64,000 nt of DNA from Parcubacteria group bacterium. GTDB lineage: Bacteria; Patescibacteriota; Minisyncoccia; Phycocordibacterales; CSBR16-119. Location: contig CALRFT010000001.1 in NCBI GenBank assembly GCA_943356745.1, positions 207,193 through 271,192 on the forward strand. The letters run 5' to 3'. The notes beneath the pieces were generated by a model that saw nothing but the letters and a program-made list of their open reading frames with translations, did no database searches and was not told the DNA's origin. Positions within the stretch are counted from its first letter, which is position 1. The number at the start of each line of letters is the position of its first letter. Position numbers and translations under genes: made by a program. Below, in pieces: positions 51,166-60,209 of this stretch.

Positions 51166-51432
51166 ACTTTAAAAAACTCGTGATTGACCGTTCGGCAAGG
51201 AAAAAGAACATCCAAAAAGCCCATCACGTTATTAAATAACACGCACTTCCTTAGAGTGCACATTACATATATTTACTAGTAATTTATATGCATAAAGCAT
51301 ATTAATTCCTTTATTTATAAGGAATTAATAATCGCACCACACAAGCTCCGTCGAACTTGAGTCATTTTCACATAGTGAGAAAAGACGGCACGATTACGAA
51401 GACATACTAACCCGAACGAAGTGATAAGTCAA
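51166..51432 (-). promoter_or_regulatory. tuf promoter and about 230-nt multi-hairpin leader
   Basis: TTGACT-N17-TAGTAT (51432-51404) followed by a branched stem and several hairpins. Confidence 0.65.
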
Positions 51433-51466
51433 GAAAAAATCCCTCGTGTATATGAGGGATTTTTTC

Positions 51467-51733
51467 TTATCGTATATAGTTTTCGTAACTTGAATACTCG
51501 TAATTGTAATGAAGTGCAAAATCTTCAAAATGTGGCATGTAGGTATTAATAAATTCCTGGTTTTCTTTTGATATAGAAGCACCTGATTTTGTTGTCACTT
51601 GTGTATCGAGTCGATTTGTTCTAAAAGATCTCCCTTCTCCAAGACTGATGAACATAAGGAAGAAAGTTGCAAAACCAACAAGCACAAAAGCACTTGATCC
51701 AACATGTTGTTTTGTGTTTGCTTTCTTTTTCAT
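51467..51733 (-). CDS. small membrane-anchored hypothetical protein between fusA and tuf
   Basis: One TM helix; TATAAT 6 nt before ATG; terminators on both sides. Confidence 0.7.
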   Translation of the reverse strand: MKKKANTKQHVGSSAFVLVGFATFFLMFISLGEGRSFRTNRLDTQVTTKSGASISKENQEFINTYMPHFEDFALHYNYEYSSYENYIR

Positions 51734-51813
51734 ATCTATATTATAAACCTAAACATAAAAGAAAACTGTGCAAAACAAAAAATCCGCCTTAGCGGATTTT
51801 TTGTTGAGTGGTA

Positions 51814-53952
51814 TTACCCAGCTCGTTTCTTTGCAATTTCATCTGCAATATTTTGTGGTACCACATCATATCGTGCAAATTCCATTGTGAAGTTTCCTCG
51901 TCCTGAAGTCATTGATCGAAGTTGGTTCATGTAACCGAACATTGATGACAATGGTACAACTCCTTTTACAGCTTGTACTAGTCCTCGTGATTCTGTTCCT
52001 TCTACAAGTCCTCGCTTTGATGCAATGTCTCCTGTAACGTCTCCGATGTATTCATCTGGAACAATAACTTCTACGGCCATCATAGGCTCAAGAAGTACAG
52101 GTCGCGCTTTTCGAGCAGCTTCTTGAAATGCTTGTGATGAAGCAATCTTGAAAGCAATTTCTGAAGAGTCCACATCGTGGTATGACCCATCGTATAGATC
52201 TACAGAAATATTTGTCATTGGGTATCCCGCAACAACTCCTCGTTCCATTCCTTCTTTGAATCCTTTCACACAAGCTGGAACATATTCGTTTGGAATAACT
52301 CCACCTTTAATACTGTTAATGAATTCAAATCCTTCTTCACGAATAATGTTCTTTGGAGCTTCTTCGTTAGTTGGAGTGTAAGGATTAAGCTTGATTTTAA
52401 CGTGTCCATATTGTCCACGTCCTCCTGTTTGCTTGATGTATTTCACTTCTGATTCAGCATTCGCTTGAATTGTTTCTCGGTATGCTACTTGTGGTGCTCC
52501 CACGTTTGCTTCAACACTAAATTCTCGCTTCATACGATCCACGATAATTTCAAGGTGAAGTTCTCCCATACCAGAAATTACTGTATCTCCTGTTTCAGCA
52601 TCAGAACTTACTTTGAAAGTTGGGTCTTCTGCAGCAAGTCGTCCAAGCGCAACTCCCATCTTTTCTTGATCAGCCTTAGTCTTTGGTTCAATCTTAAGAG
52701 ATACCACAGGTTCTGGGAATTCAATTTCATCCAAGATAACTGGATTATCGATTGCACAAAGTGTGTCTGACGTTCGAACGTCTTTAAGTCCTACAGCAGC
52801 AGCAATTTCTCCTGCGTACACATGTTTTACTTCTTCCCGTTCGTTTGCGTGCATTCGAAGGATTCGTCCAATTCGTTCTTTATCTCCTGTTCGTGGATTA
52901 TATACATATGATCCAGCTTCAAGAGTTCCTGAATATACTCGGAAGAATGTAAGTTGTCCTACGAATGGGTCTGTTGCGATTTTGAATGCAAGTGCAGCAA
53001 GTGGTTCCGAATCAGATGCAAGTCTTTGTACTTCTTCACCTGTTGATACATCTTTTCCTTTTACTGGAGGAATATCTGTTGGTGCTGGAAGATAATCGAT
53101 CACACCATCGAGAACGAGTTGTACTCCTTTGTTTCGAAGAGCTGTACCAGTAAATACTGGAACAAGGTCGTTTGCGATTGTTGCTTTTCGAGCAATCTTC
53201 TTAAGTTCATCAATAGAGATTTCTTCTCCTGCAAGATATCGTTCCATTGCAGTTTCATCATTTTCAACAATTCGTTCAACAAGTTCTGCATGATATTTGT
53301 CAGCTTCTGCTTTCATTTCAGCTGGAATTTCTTGTTCAACAATTTGGTTTCCCATGTCTCCTTCGAAAGTATATGCTTTCATTTTAAGAAGATCGATAAC
53401 TCCCTTCATGTCTCCCTCCTCTCCCCATGGAAGTTGGAATCGACATGCCTTTGGTGTAAGTCGGTTGATGATTGAAGCATAACTTCGTTCAAACGAAGCA
53501 CCTGTTCGATCGATTTTGTTAATGAAACAAATTCGTGGAACCTTATACTTGTCAGCTTGTCGCCATACAGTTTCTGATTGTGGTTCTACTCCTGCTACTC
53601 CGTCGAATACTGTAACAGCACCGTCAAGCACCTTGAGAGATCGCTCTACTTCAGCTGTAAAGTCTACGTGTCCTGGTGTATCGATAATATTGAAACGATG
53701 CTTCATTGAAGTATCAGCTCCTTTATATGTCGGGTTCCAAAAACAAGTAATCGCAGCAGCAGTAATTGTAATACCTCGTTCTTTTTCTTGTTCCATCCAG
53801 TCAGTTGTTGCTTGACCGTCGTGAACTTCTCCAATCTTGTGTGACATACCTGTGTAATACAGGATACGTTCTGATGTGGTAGTTTTACCAGCATCGATGT
53901 GAGCGATAATACCGAAATTTCGTACTCGCCCTAGTGGATAATCTCGAGACAT
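51814..53952 (-). CDS. fusA: elongation factor G
   Basis: [43 protein letters not shown]. Confidence 0.99.
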   Translation of the reverse strand: MSRDYPLGRVRNFGIIAHIDAGKTTTSERILYYTGMSHKIGEVHDGQATTDWMEQEKERGITITAAAITCFWNPTYKGADTSMKHRFNIIDTPGHVDFTAEVERSLKVLDGAVTVFDGVAGVEPQSETVWRQADKYKVPRICFINKIDRTGASFERSYASIINRLTPKACRFQLPWGEEGDMKGVIDLLKMKAYTFEGDMGNQIVEQEIPAEMKAEADKYHAELVERIVENDETAMERYLAGEEISIDELKKIARKATIANDLVPVFTGTALRNKGVQLVLDGVIDYLPAPTDIPPVKGKDVSTGEEVQRLASDSEPLAALAFKIATDPFVGQLTFFRVYSGTLEAGSYVYNPRTGDKERIGRILRMHANEREEVKHVYAGEIAAAVGLKDVRTSDTLCAIDNPVILDEIEFPEPVVSLKIEPKTKADQEKMGVALGRLAAEDPTFKVSSDAETGDTVISGMGELHLEIIVDRMKREFSVEANVGAPQVAYRETIQANAESEVKYIKQTGGRGQYGHVKIKLNPYTPTNEEAPKNIIREEGFEFINSIKGGVIPNEYVPACVKGFKEGMERGVVAGYPMTNISVDLYDGSYHDVDSSEIAFKIASSQAFQEAARKARPVLLEPMMAVEVIVPDEYIGDVTGDIASKRGLVEGTESRGLVQAVKGVVPLSSMFGYMNQLRSMTSGRGNFTMEFARYDVVPQNIADEIAKKRAG

Positions 53953-53993
53953 AATGTATTAAATCTAATGTAATAAAAAGTAATGTATATATC

Positions 53994-54464
53994 TTACCAC
54001 GCAAGGTGAGCAAATGCTTTGTTTGCTTCTGCCATTTTGTGTGTATCGTCTTTCTTCTTAACAGCTGAACCTTCGTTGTTGTATGCTGCAATAAGTTCTT
54101 CAGCGATGGCTTTATCCATTGATGTTCCCTTTCGTGATCGAGCAGCATCTACAATCCATCGCATTGCAAGAGTAACCCGTCGTTCCGCTCGAACTTCTCG
54201 TGGAACTTGGTAATTTGCCCCTCCCACTCTTCGTGATCGTACTTCAACTGATGGTGAAGCGTTCTTAAGAGCGATATCAAATACTTCTAATGGATTTGGG
54301 TTCTTTGTCTTTTCTTTAATTCTTTCAAAAGAACCATATACTACTTTTCGTGCTACCTCTTTCTTTCCGTCTTGCATTATGTAGTTAATGAATCGAGAAA
54401 GTTTTACTGAGTTGTATGCTGAATCAGCAACAACTTCATGTTTATTCTTAATTGGTCGTCGCAT
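53994..54464 (-). CDS. rpsG: 30S ribosomal protein uS7
   Basis: M.DGKK..A, EVRSRRVGGANYQVP, HKMAEANKAFAH. Confidence 0.99.
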   Translation of the reverse strand: MRRPIKNKHEVVADSAYNSVKLSRFINYIMQDGKKEVARKVVYGSFERIKEKTKNPNPLEVFDIALKNASPSVEVRSRRVGGANYQVPREVRAERRVTLAMRWIVDAARSRKGTSMDKAIAEELIAAYNNEGSAVKKKDDTHKMAEANKAFAHLAW

Positions 54465-54467
54465 ATA

Positions 54468-54887
54468 TTATTTTGCAGCCTTAGGCTTCTTAACTCCGTA
54501 TTTAGATCGACTTTGTGATCGCTTCTTCACACCTTCAGCATCGAGAACTCCTCGTACTACTGTGTATCGAACTCCGATCAAGTCTTTTACTCGACCACCT
54601 CGAAGAAGAACAACTGAGTGTTCTTGCAAATTGTGTCCCATACCTGGGATATATGCAGTAACTTCCATTCCGTTTGTAAGTCGAACTCGGGCAATCTTTC
54701 GAAGCGCTGAGTTTGGCTTTTTTGGAGTGGTTGTTGTTACCTTTGTACATACTCCTCGTTTAAAAGGAGATGCGAATCGTGTTGGTTTGTTCTCAAGAGA
54801 GTTGAATCCTCGTGACAACGCAACAGCACTTTTTCGTCGCGTTACCTTTGTTCGGCCACGCTTAATAAGTTGATTTGTTGTTGGCAT
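54468..54887 (-). CDS. rpsL: 30S ribosomal protein uS12
   Basis: [33 protein letters not shown]. Confidence 0.99.
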   Translation of the reverse strand: MPTTNQLIKRGRTKVTRRKSAVALSRGFNSLENKPTRFASPFKRGVCTKVTTTTPKKPNSALRKIARVRLTNGMEVTAYIPGMGHNLQEHSVVLLRGGRVKDLIGVRYTVVRGVLDAEGVKKRSQSRSKYGVKKPKAAK

Positions 54888-55082
54888 AATTTGTGTGTTT
54901 AGTATTACGCTTTCATGTCACCATGAAGCCCACTATTCACCCCGCTGTGCGGAATTACTCCTAACTGGTAATACATTTCATTGATTTTCTTTCGACGGAA
55001 AACCAAGTGAAATAAAAAACACTCCTTATAAAAAGAAGTGAATTTCAAAGAAGAGATTACCACGACTATTGAATAAAAGCAA
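54888..55082 (-). promoter_or_regulatory. rpsL promoter and structured leader
   Basis: TTGCTT-N17-TAATCT with TG extension; hairpins CACTTCTT/AAGGAGTG, TTGGTTTTC/GAAAATCAA, TTCATG/CATGAA. Confidence 0.55.
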
Positions 55083-55090
55083 GATTTTTC

Positions 55091-55693
55091 CTAAGAAACC
55101 AAGATTTCAAAAAGTCTTGAGATTACAGGAGAAATAAACTGCCACCCATAAAGAATAAAGACAATAAGTACAATGAAAGAATACCGCTCAATTACTGCTA
55201 CATATTTCTCATATCGATGCGGGACAAAAGCAAGAATTATCTTTGATCCATCAAGTGGCGGGATTGGAACAAGGTTAAACACAGTCAAAACAATATTAGT
55301 AACAACAATCATATAGACAATAGAAAGTGCATTTTCAGAAAGTGGAACAAATTGAGCAATAAGCCCAAAAATAACAGCAATTGTAATGTTTGTTAACACT
55401 CCAGCAATCGCAACCCAAATCTTGCCCCATACCTGATTTCGAAGGTTGTCTGGATTGTATGGAACCGGCTTTGCCCAGCCAATCACAAAACCTGCCCCAG
55501 AAAGAATTAAAAAGAGAGGAATCAGTATAGAACCCCATAAATCAAGGTGTTTTATAGGATTAAAGGTCAAACGTCCGGCGTATAAAGCCGTCTTGTCACC
55601 TTGAGATAAAGCAGCATACCCATGAGCCATTTCATGGAGAATCACCGAAACGAGTAATATTGCTATATAGAAAAATGATGTAAGTTCTTGCAT
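55091..55693 (-). CDS. site-2 protease (M50 family)
   Basis: HEMAH, GR.TFNP..H.D..G, GWAKPVP, FNL.PIPPLDG. Confidence 0.95.
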   Translation of the reverse strand: MQELTSFFYIAILLVSVILHEMAHGYAALSQGDKTALYAGRLTFNPIKHLDLWGSILIPLFLILSGAGFVIGWAKPVPYNPDNLRNQVWGKIWVAIAGVLTNITIAVIFGLIAQFVPLSENALSIVYMIVVTNIVLTVFNLVPIPPLDGSKIILAFVPHRYEKYVAVIERYSFIVLIVFILYGWQFISPVISRLFEILVS

Positions 55694-55781
55694 AGTTTGT
55701 AATCATATGATAGCATAAAGCTCGTATTTCTTATACATTAATAATAAGCTCCTACCGAGCACGGTGGGTAACAAAAATACT

Positions 55782-56027
55782 ATGGCAAAAAAATGCGCAG
55801 TGACTGGTAAGTCATCTCAAGTAGCCGGACGATACACAAACCGTACTCGAGCAACTGAGTTCGTGTCTGGAGGAAAGCGACGACAATACGCAAACCTTCA
55901 AACAAAAACTGTATTCGTTCCTGAGACAGGAAAGAAGATTAAACTTACACTTTCAACAAAAGGAATTAAGGAAATCAATAAAAATGGTGCGTTCGTAACT
56001 TTGAAAAAAGCTGGACTCATCAAATAA
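55782..56027 (+). CDS. rpmB: 50S ribosomal protein bL28
   Basis: MAKKC..TGK, KRRQ.ANLQ, KL.LSTKGIK; start corrected to 55782. Confidence 0.93.
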   Translation: MAKKCAVTGKSSQVAGRYTNRTRATEFVSGGKRRQYANLQTKTVFVPETGKKIKLTLSTKGIKEINKNGAFVTLKKAGLIK

Positions 56028-56109
56028 ACAAAAACCATCTCTTAGTATTAAGAGATGGTTTTTGTTTGACTCTTTTTCTCAAGGAGTATAATGTAATAGA
56101 AAAAGTACC

Positions 56110-56535
56110 ATGAATATACCTACAGACATCCCTCAAATCAAAAAAGCTCGGAAAGATAAAAGTCTCACCCTACTCAAAAAATGGGAAGATGTGTGGCGCG
56201 CAATCCACCCAGATATTAGAATCTACAACAATGAGAGCCAGGATTTTAAAAAACGACTACCCTTTGTTTGCGACAGGGGCTTGGAATTAAATGAGTCAGA
56301 TATACTAAGAATAGTATCATATAAAGATCTTTTCTATTATTGTTTTTTAAGCGGTGATAGGTGTTATGCCACTGCTGATATATATACTCCAGATGACGAA
56401 TTTTTCATAAATAATAATCTGAAAAGTCTACTAGAAGAATATAGGTGGAGCGGTATAATAAAAAGAATCATACAAGATATTGAAAACACTTATCTCAAAG
56501 TTCCTAAACCTCCAAAACAAAAAGCCTCTTCATGA
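56110..56535 (+). CDS. hypothetical protein
   Basis: TTGACT-N17-TATAAT promoter; 141-aa ORF. Confidence 0.75.
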   Translation: MNIPTDIPQIKKARKDKSLTLLKKWEDVWRAIHPDIRIYNNESQDFKKRLPFVCDRGLELNESDILRIVSYKDLFYYCFLSGDRCYATADIYTPDDEFFINNNLKSLLEEYRWSGIIKRIIQDIENTYLKVPKPPKQKASS

Positions 56536-56542
56536 GGCTTTT

Positions 56543-57406
56543 TTACTGTAAGAATAATTCTTTCCCATCTGTAAAAAATTGTATTGTTCCATTCTTTGTT
56601 TCAAATATCTTGGCACCTGATGCAAAAATTAAATCAATAACTTCTTGATGTGGGTGTCCATACCTGTTATCTTCCCCTGCGGAAATTACAACATAATCTG
56701 GGTTAACAACACTCAGAAACTTTTCTGATGTGGAAGTTTTTGATCCGTGATGACCAGCCTTCAAAACTTCTGAAGAAAGACCTTCTCCATACAAATACAC
56801 AAGATATTCTTCAACCATAGTTCCAGCATCACCCGTCAGCATAAATTCAATATCTCCATACACGAGCTGAAGCACTGTTGAAGCATCATTTCTTTCTAAA
56901 GAAGAAACATCTCCCTCAGGAAACAAAACCCGAATATACACACCATGTTCTTGATCAAGAATAATAGTATCTTCACTTGTAGCTTTTTTAATTATCGATT
57001 CTTCTTCTGTAATTTCTTTATTGTATTCTTCATAAATTGCAGTTGTTGAAGAACTTTGAGAATCATACACAGCAAGAATCTTATATCGATTGAGCACTTC
57101 TGGAAATCCTCCAATATGATCCTTGTCTGCGTGAGTTGGAATAATAATATCTATCGTTCTATCCCAAAATGACATAGTAGACCCGAGTTCATACACAACC
57201 GATGTATCAGGACCAGCATCCACAAGAACCTGTTTTCCATTTGGTGCTTCAATAAAAATTGCATCTCCCTGCCCTACATTAAAAAAAGAAACAACAAGAA
57301 AATCTCCTTGTTGTTTCTTATAGAGAAAAAGCAGTATGCCAATACCGAACAAAATACAGAAAAGAAAGATGAAAAAATTATTCCGCTGTTGAGATCTATT
57401 TTTCAT
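56543..57406 (-). CDS. ComEC-type metallo-beta-lactamase domain protein (membrane-anchored)
   Basis: NVGQGDA, THADKDHIGG, ND.S.V, LTGD, LKAGHHGS, NRYGHPH. Confidence 0.93.
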   Translation of the reverse strand: MKNRSQQRNNFFIFLFCILFGIGILLFLYKKQQGDFLVVSFFNVGQGDAIFIEAPNGKQVLVDAGPDTSVVYELGSTMSFWDRTIDIIIPTHADKDHIGGFPEVLNRYKILAVYDSQSSSTTAIYEEYNKEITEEESIIKKATSEDTIILDQEHGVYIRVLFPEGDVSSLERNDASTVLQLVYGDIEFMLTGDAGTMVEEYLVYLYGEGLSSEVLKAGHHGSKTSTSEKFLSVVNPDYVVISAGEDNRYGHPHQEVIDLIFASGAKIFETKNGTIQFFTDGKELFLQ

Positions 57407-57956
57407 ATTCTTCTATAATCTTACCAGCAACTTGCTCTGGAGTATAGTCGGCTGTATTAAGCGAAAGATGGAAATGATTTTTGTCGTGATGGTTTTCAAT
57501 TTCATAATACTCTCGATATCTTTCTTGTTCACACTTAAATCTTTCTTTAAGACCTTCTGAAAGAGATTTCGGTGTTTCGAATTTCTCAACATTTCTTGTT
57601 GGGTTTTTTTGGAAATCAGACCAAATTCTCTCAACGGCAATTTCATGATCCACTTCAAGAAAAACTTTGAATTAGTTTGGTATTTTATACCAACCAAGTC
57701 TTGAATCAACAACAAATTGATTTTTCTCTCGACCATAACTTTCTTGAATCTGATCAATTTCTCTGTCTATTACTGAGTCACGCTTTTGAAGCTCACCTAA
57801 CTGAGCCAAAGAAATTCCTTTTCTTTTAGCGGTATCTCTTTGCATGTCACCCATTGAAAAATGTTGCCAACCTAATTTTTTGGCAACTATTTTTGCAACG
57901 GTCGATTTACCGCTTCCTGCTGTTCCAGCAATAGTAATAATTTGTTTGTTTTCCAT
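57396..57956 (-). pseudogene. cmk: cytidylate kinase (archaeal/TIGR02173-type) interrupted by in-frame TAA at 57672-57674
   Basis: ITI.G.AGSGKST, S.GD..R, D..ID, DSRLG, IPN*FKVFL, R....RY..YY; both halves in the same frame. Confidence 0.85.
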
Positions 57957-58013
57957 AGTATTCGATATTTAGTTTTGGTTGAATTTATTTTTGTTTAAGG
58001 TACCACAAGAGCA

Positions 58014-59498
58014 TCAAAACCGCAATATAACTTTTTTGTTCTTCCAAATCCAAATCAAAATACAAATATACAAAACAAGAACAAAAACAAGCGGAATATG
58101 TTTTATCACAACAGCAGAAAAAGAAAGTGAACCAAACCAATCAACAAGAGAAACAATATAGTGAAGTAATCCAAACGATATCCAAGAAATTGGATTTGAT
58201 CCAATATGAGTAATCATTTCCAAAAACCCAGAAAGTGCACCAATTCCCATAGCAAGAGGAATAAATGGCAAAATGAGCATATTAACCAAAGGCGCCACAA
58301 TCGAAAGAGTTCCTATCTTATACAAAAGAAACGGCAAAACTGTGATTTGAGTTGCGAGTGTTGACGCAAAAATTTCACGGAGAGCAAAACGTTCTGGAAA
58401 CAACCGGACGAACCTCCATCTTTCAACGAGCGGTGTTACCAAAATAAGTCCTAGTGTTGCAATAAAAGAAAGCTGAAAAGAAATGTCATACACCAAAGCA
58501 AAAGGATTTAAGAGAACCATAAGAAAACCAGCAAAAAATAAAGCTCTCACAATATCATAGTTTCTATTTGTTACTCGAGCCAAAAGACCAAGTAACCCCA
58601 TAATTCCAGCACGAACAGAAGTAGTTCCCGCTCCCGTCATGAGCACAAACAAAACAATTCCAAAAGAACCGAAAGAAAGTGCAAGTTTTTCAGGAAAAAA
58701 TCTTTGAAGACTTTTTACAATAGCTTCAGAAATAATAGTAATATTATAACCAGATAAAACAACAATATGAATTGTTCCTGTTGCAATAAATTTTTCTTCC
58801 AAGTCTTCATTGATTCCATTTTGAACACCAAGAAGAATTCCAGCCAAAAGTCCTTGCTGTGGCTCTGGTGTAACTCTTTGAATCGCATTCAAAAAACCAT
58901 GTTTTATCTGAATCAAAATTCTTTCAAGATGTTTCCCCGCTCGTGATTCAACCAAAGAAACCTGAGCGAAAGACATGGTAAACAAAATATTTTTATTTGC
59001 TAGATATTCAACATAGTTAAATTCTTTTCCTGTATCTGTAATAAAATTTTCTGGATAACGAATTTCTCCTTCAAGAGAAACTCTGTCACCTATTTCAAAT
59101 TCAGGATAACGTTCTGTCGAAACCAATATGTTTGCAGTGTGATTTTCAGATGAAACTTTTACAATCAAACGTTGATATGAATTATTGTATTCAGGTTCAT
59201 CGACAACAATTCCCTCGTACGAAGATTCCAAACCAAAAGATTGAAAAACTGCTTTGTGATGTAAATCTTTCATTTCAAAACGAACAATACCAAATACAAA
59301 ACAAAGAGAAAAAAGCATAATAAAAAGCGCATATACTCTTTGTGTTTGAAATAAAAATACACAAAAAGAAAATGCGCTGATTAGTATGAAAATCAAAACA
59401 GGAAAAGGAATATATAGCTCTGATCGAAGAAGCACTCCAAGTAGAAAAGAAATACAGACACCAAAAAAGAAAGTATCACTATACCTTGGATGCATCAT
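58014..59498 (-). CDS. comEC: ComEC/Rec2 DNA uptake channel (DUF4131 + competence domain, no MBL)
   Basis: G.LLG, TG..HIVVLSG.NI, RA.IMG, NP......SFQLSF.AT. Confidence 0.94.
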   Translation of the reverse strand: MMHPRYSDTFFFGVCISFLLGVLLRSELYIPFPVLIFILISAFSFCVFLFQTQRVYALFIMLFSLCFVFGIVRFEMKDLHHKAVFQSFGLESSYEGIVVDEPEYNNSYQRLIVKVSSENHTANILVSTERYPEFEIGDRVSLEGEIRYPENFITDTGKEFNYVEYLANKNILFTMSFAQVSLVESRAGKHLERILIQIKHGFLNAIQRVTPEPQQGLLAGILLGVQNGINEDLEEKFIATGTIHIVVLSGYNITIISEAIVKSLQRFFPEKLALSFGSFGIVLFVLMTGAGTTSVRAGIMGLLGLLARVTNRNYDIVRALFFAGFLMVLLNPFALVYDISFQLSFIATLGLILVTPLVERWRFVRLFPERFALREIFASTLATQITVLPFLLYKIGTLSIVAPLVNMLILPFIPLAMGIGALSGFLEMITHIGSNPISWISFGLLHYIVSLVDWFGSLSFSAVVIKHIPLVFVLVLYICILIWIWKNKKVILRF

Positions 59499-59502
59499 AC
59501 GA

Positions 59503-60186
59503 TTATGAAAGAACTCCCCAATCCTGTAATATTTCTTGTTCGTTTTCTTGTGAGGTTGCTTTTCTAAATCTTGCCTGTTTTCCCTTTACAAAACTTTCAC
59601 ACTCTTTCCAGGTTGTAAATCGGTGAACCTTTCCATCAACAAGCGCAAGATATGAATATGCTTTTCCTCCATCTCCCTTTGCTTTTTTGGTTGTTGTACC
59701 AGTAAGCTTTGAAAGAGAAACTTTGTAGTCTTTTTCAAGTCCTTCAAACAAAGGAACTTTTTCTCCGCCTGCAAAAGAGTTTGCGATGGTATCAACTCTT
59801 TCATTTCCTGGAATTCCAACATGTCCTGCAACATGATGCCAGGTAATTTTTTTTGAAGAAGAAACCGAAACAAGTTGTTGCCACAAATCTTTATTCAAAA
59901 CTTCTGTTTTGTTTTTTGTAAGCCATCCGTTTCTTTGCCACCCAGAAACCCACTTTGTGATTCCATCAATCGTATATTTTGAATCAGTATAGATAGTGAT
60001 TTCTTCTGTTGATTGACCAACAAATTTTAAAGACTCGACAATGGCGGTCATTTCCATTCGATTATTTGTTGTGTGTTTTTCATACCCTCCAAGTTCTTGA
60101 ACTTTTTCTGTAATGCGAACAATAGCTCCCCAGCCACCTGGGCCAGGATTTCCTCGTGATGAGCCGTCTGTAAAAATAAGTATCAT
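59503..60186 (-). CDS. rnhA: ribonuclease HI with C-terminal viroplasmin-like hybrid-binding domain
   Basis: TDGS..GNPGPGGWG, TTNNRME, TDSKY, N.DLW, GH.G..GNE..D; C-terminal TW.ECE..VKG..ARF.K. Confidence 0.95.
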   Translation of the reverse strand: MILIFTDGSSRGNPGPGGWGAIVRITEKVQELGGYEKHTTNNRMEMTAIVESLKFVGQSTEEITIYTDSKYTIDGITKWVSGWQRNGWLTKNKTEVLNKDLWQQLVSVSSSKKITWHHVAGHVGIPGNERVDTIANSFAGGEKVPLFEGLEKDYKVSLSKLTGTTTKKAKGDGGKAYSYLALVDGKVHRFTTWKECESFVKGKQARFRKATSQENEQEILQDWGVLS

Positions 60187-60209
60187 AATGAATATTGTAT
60201 CATGAGCTT

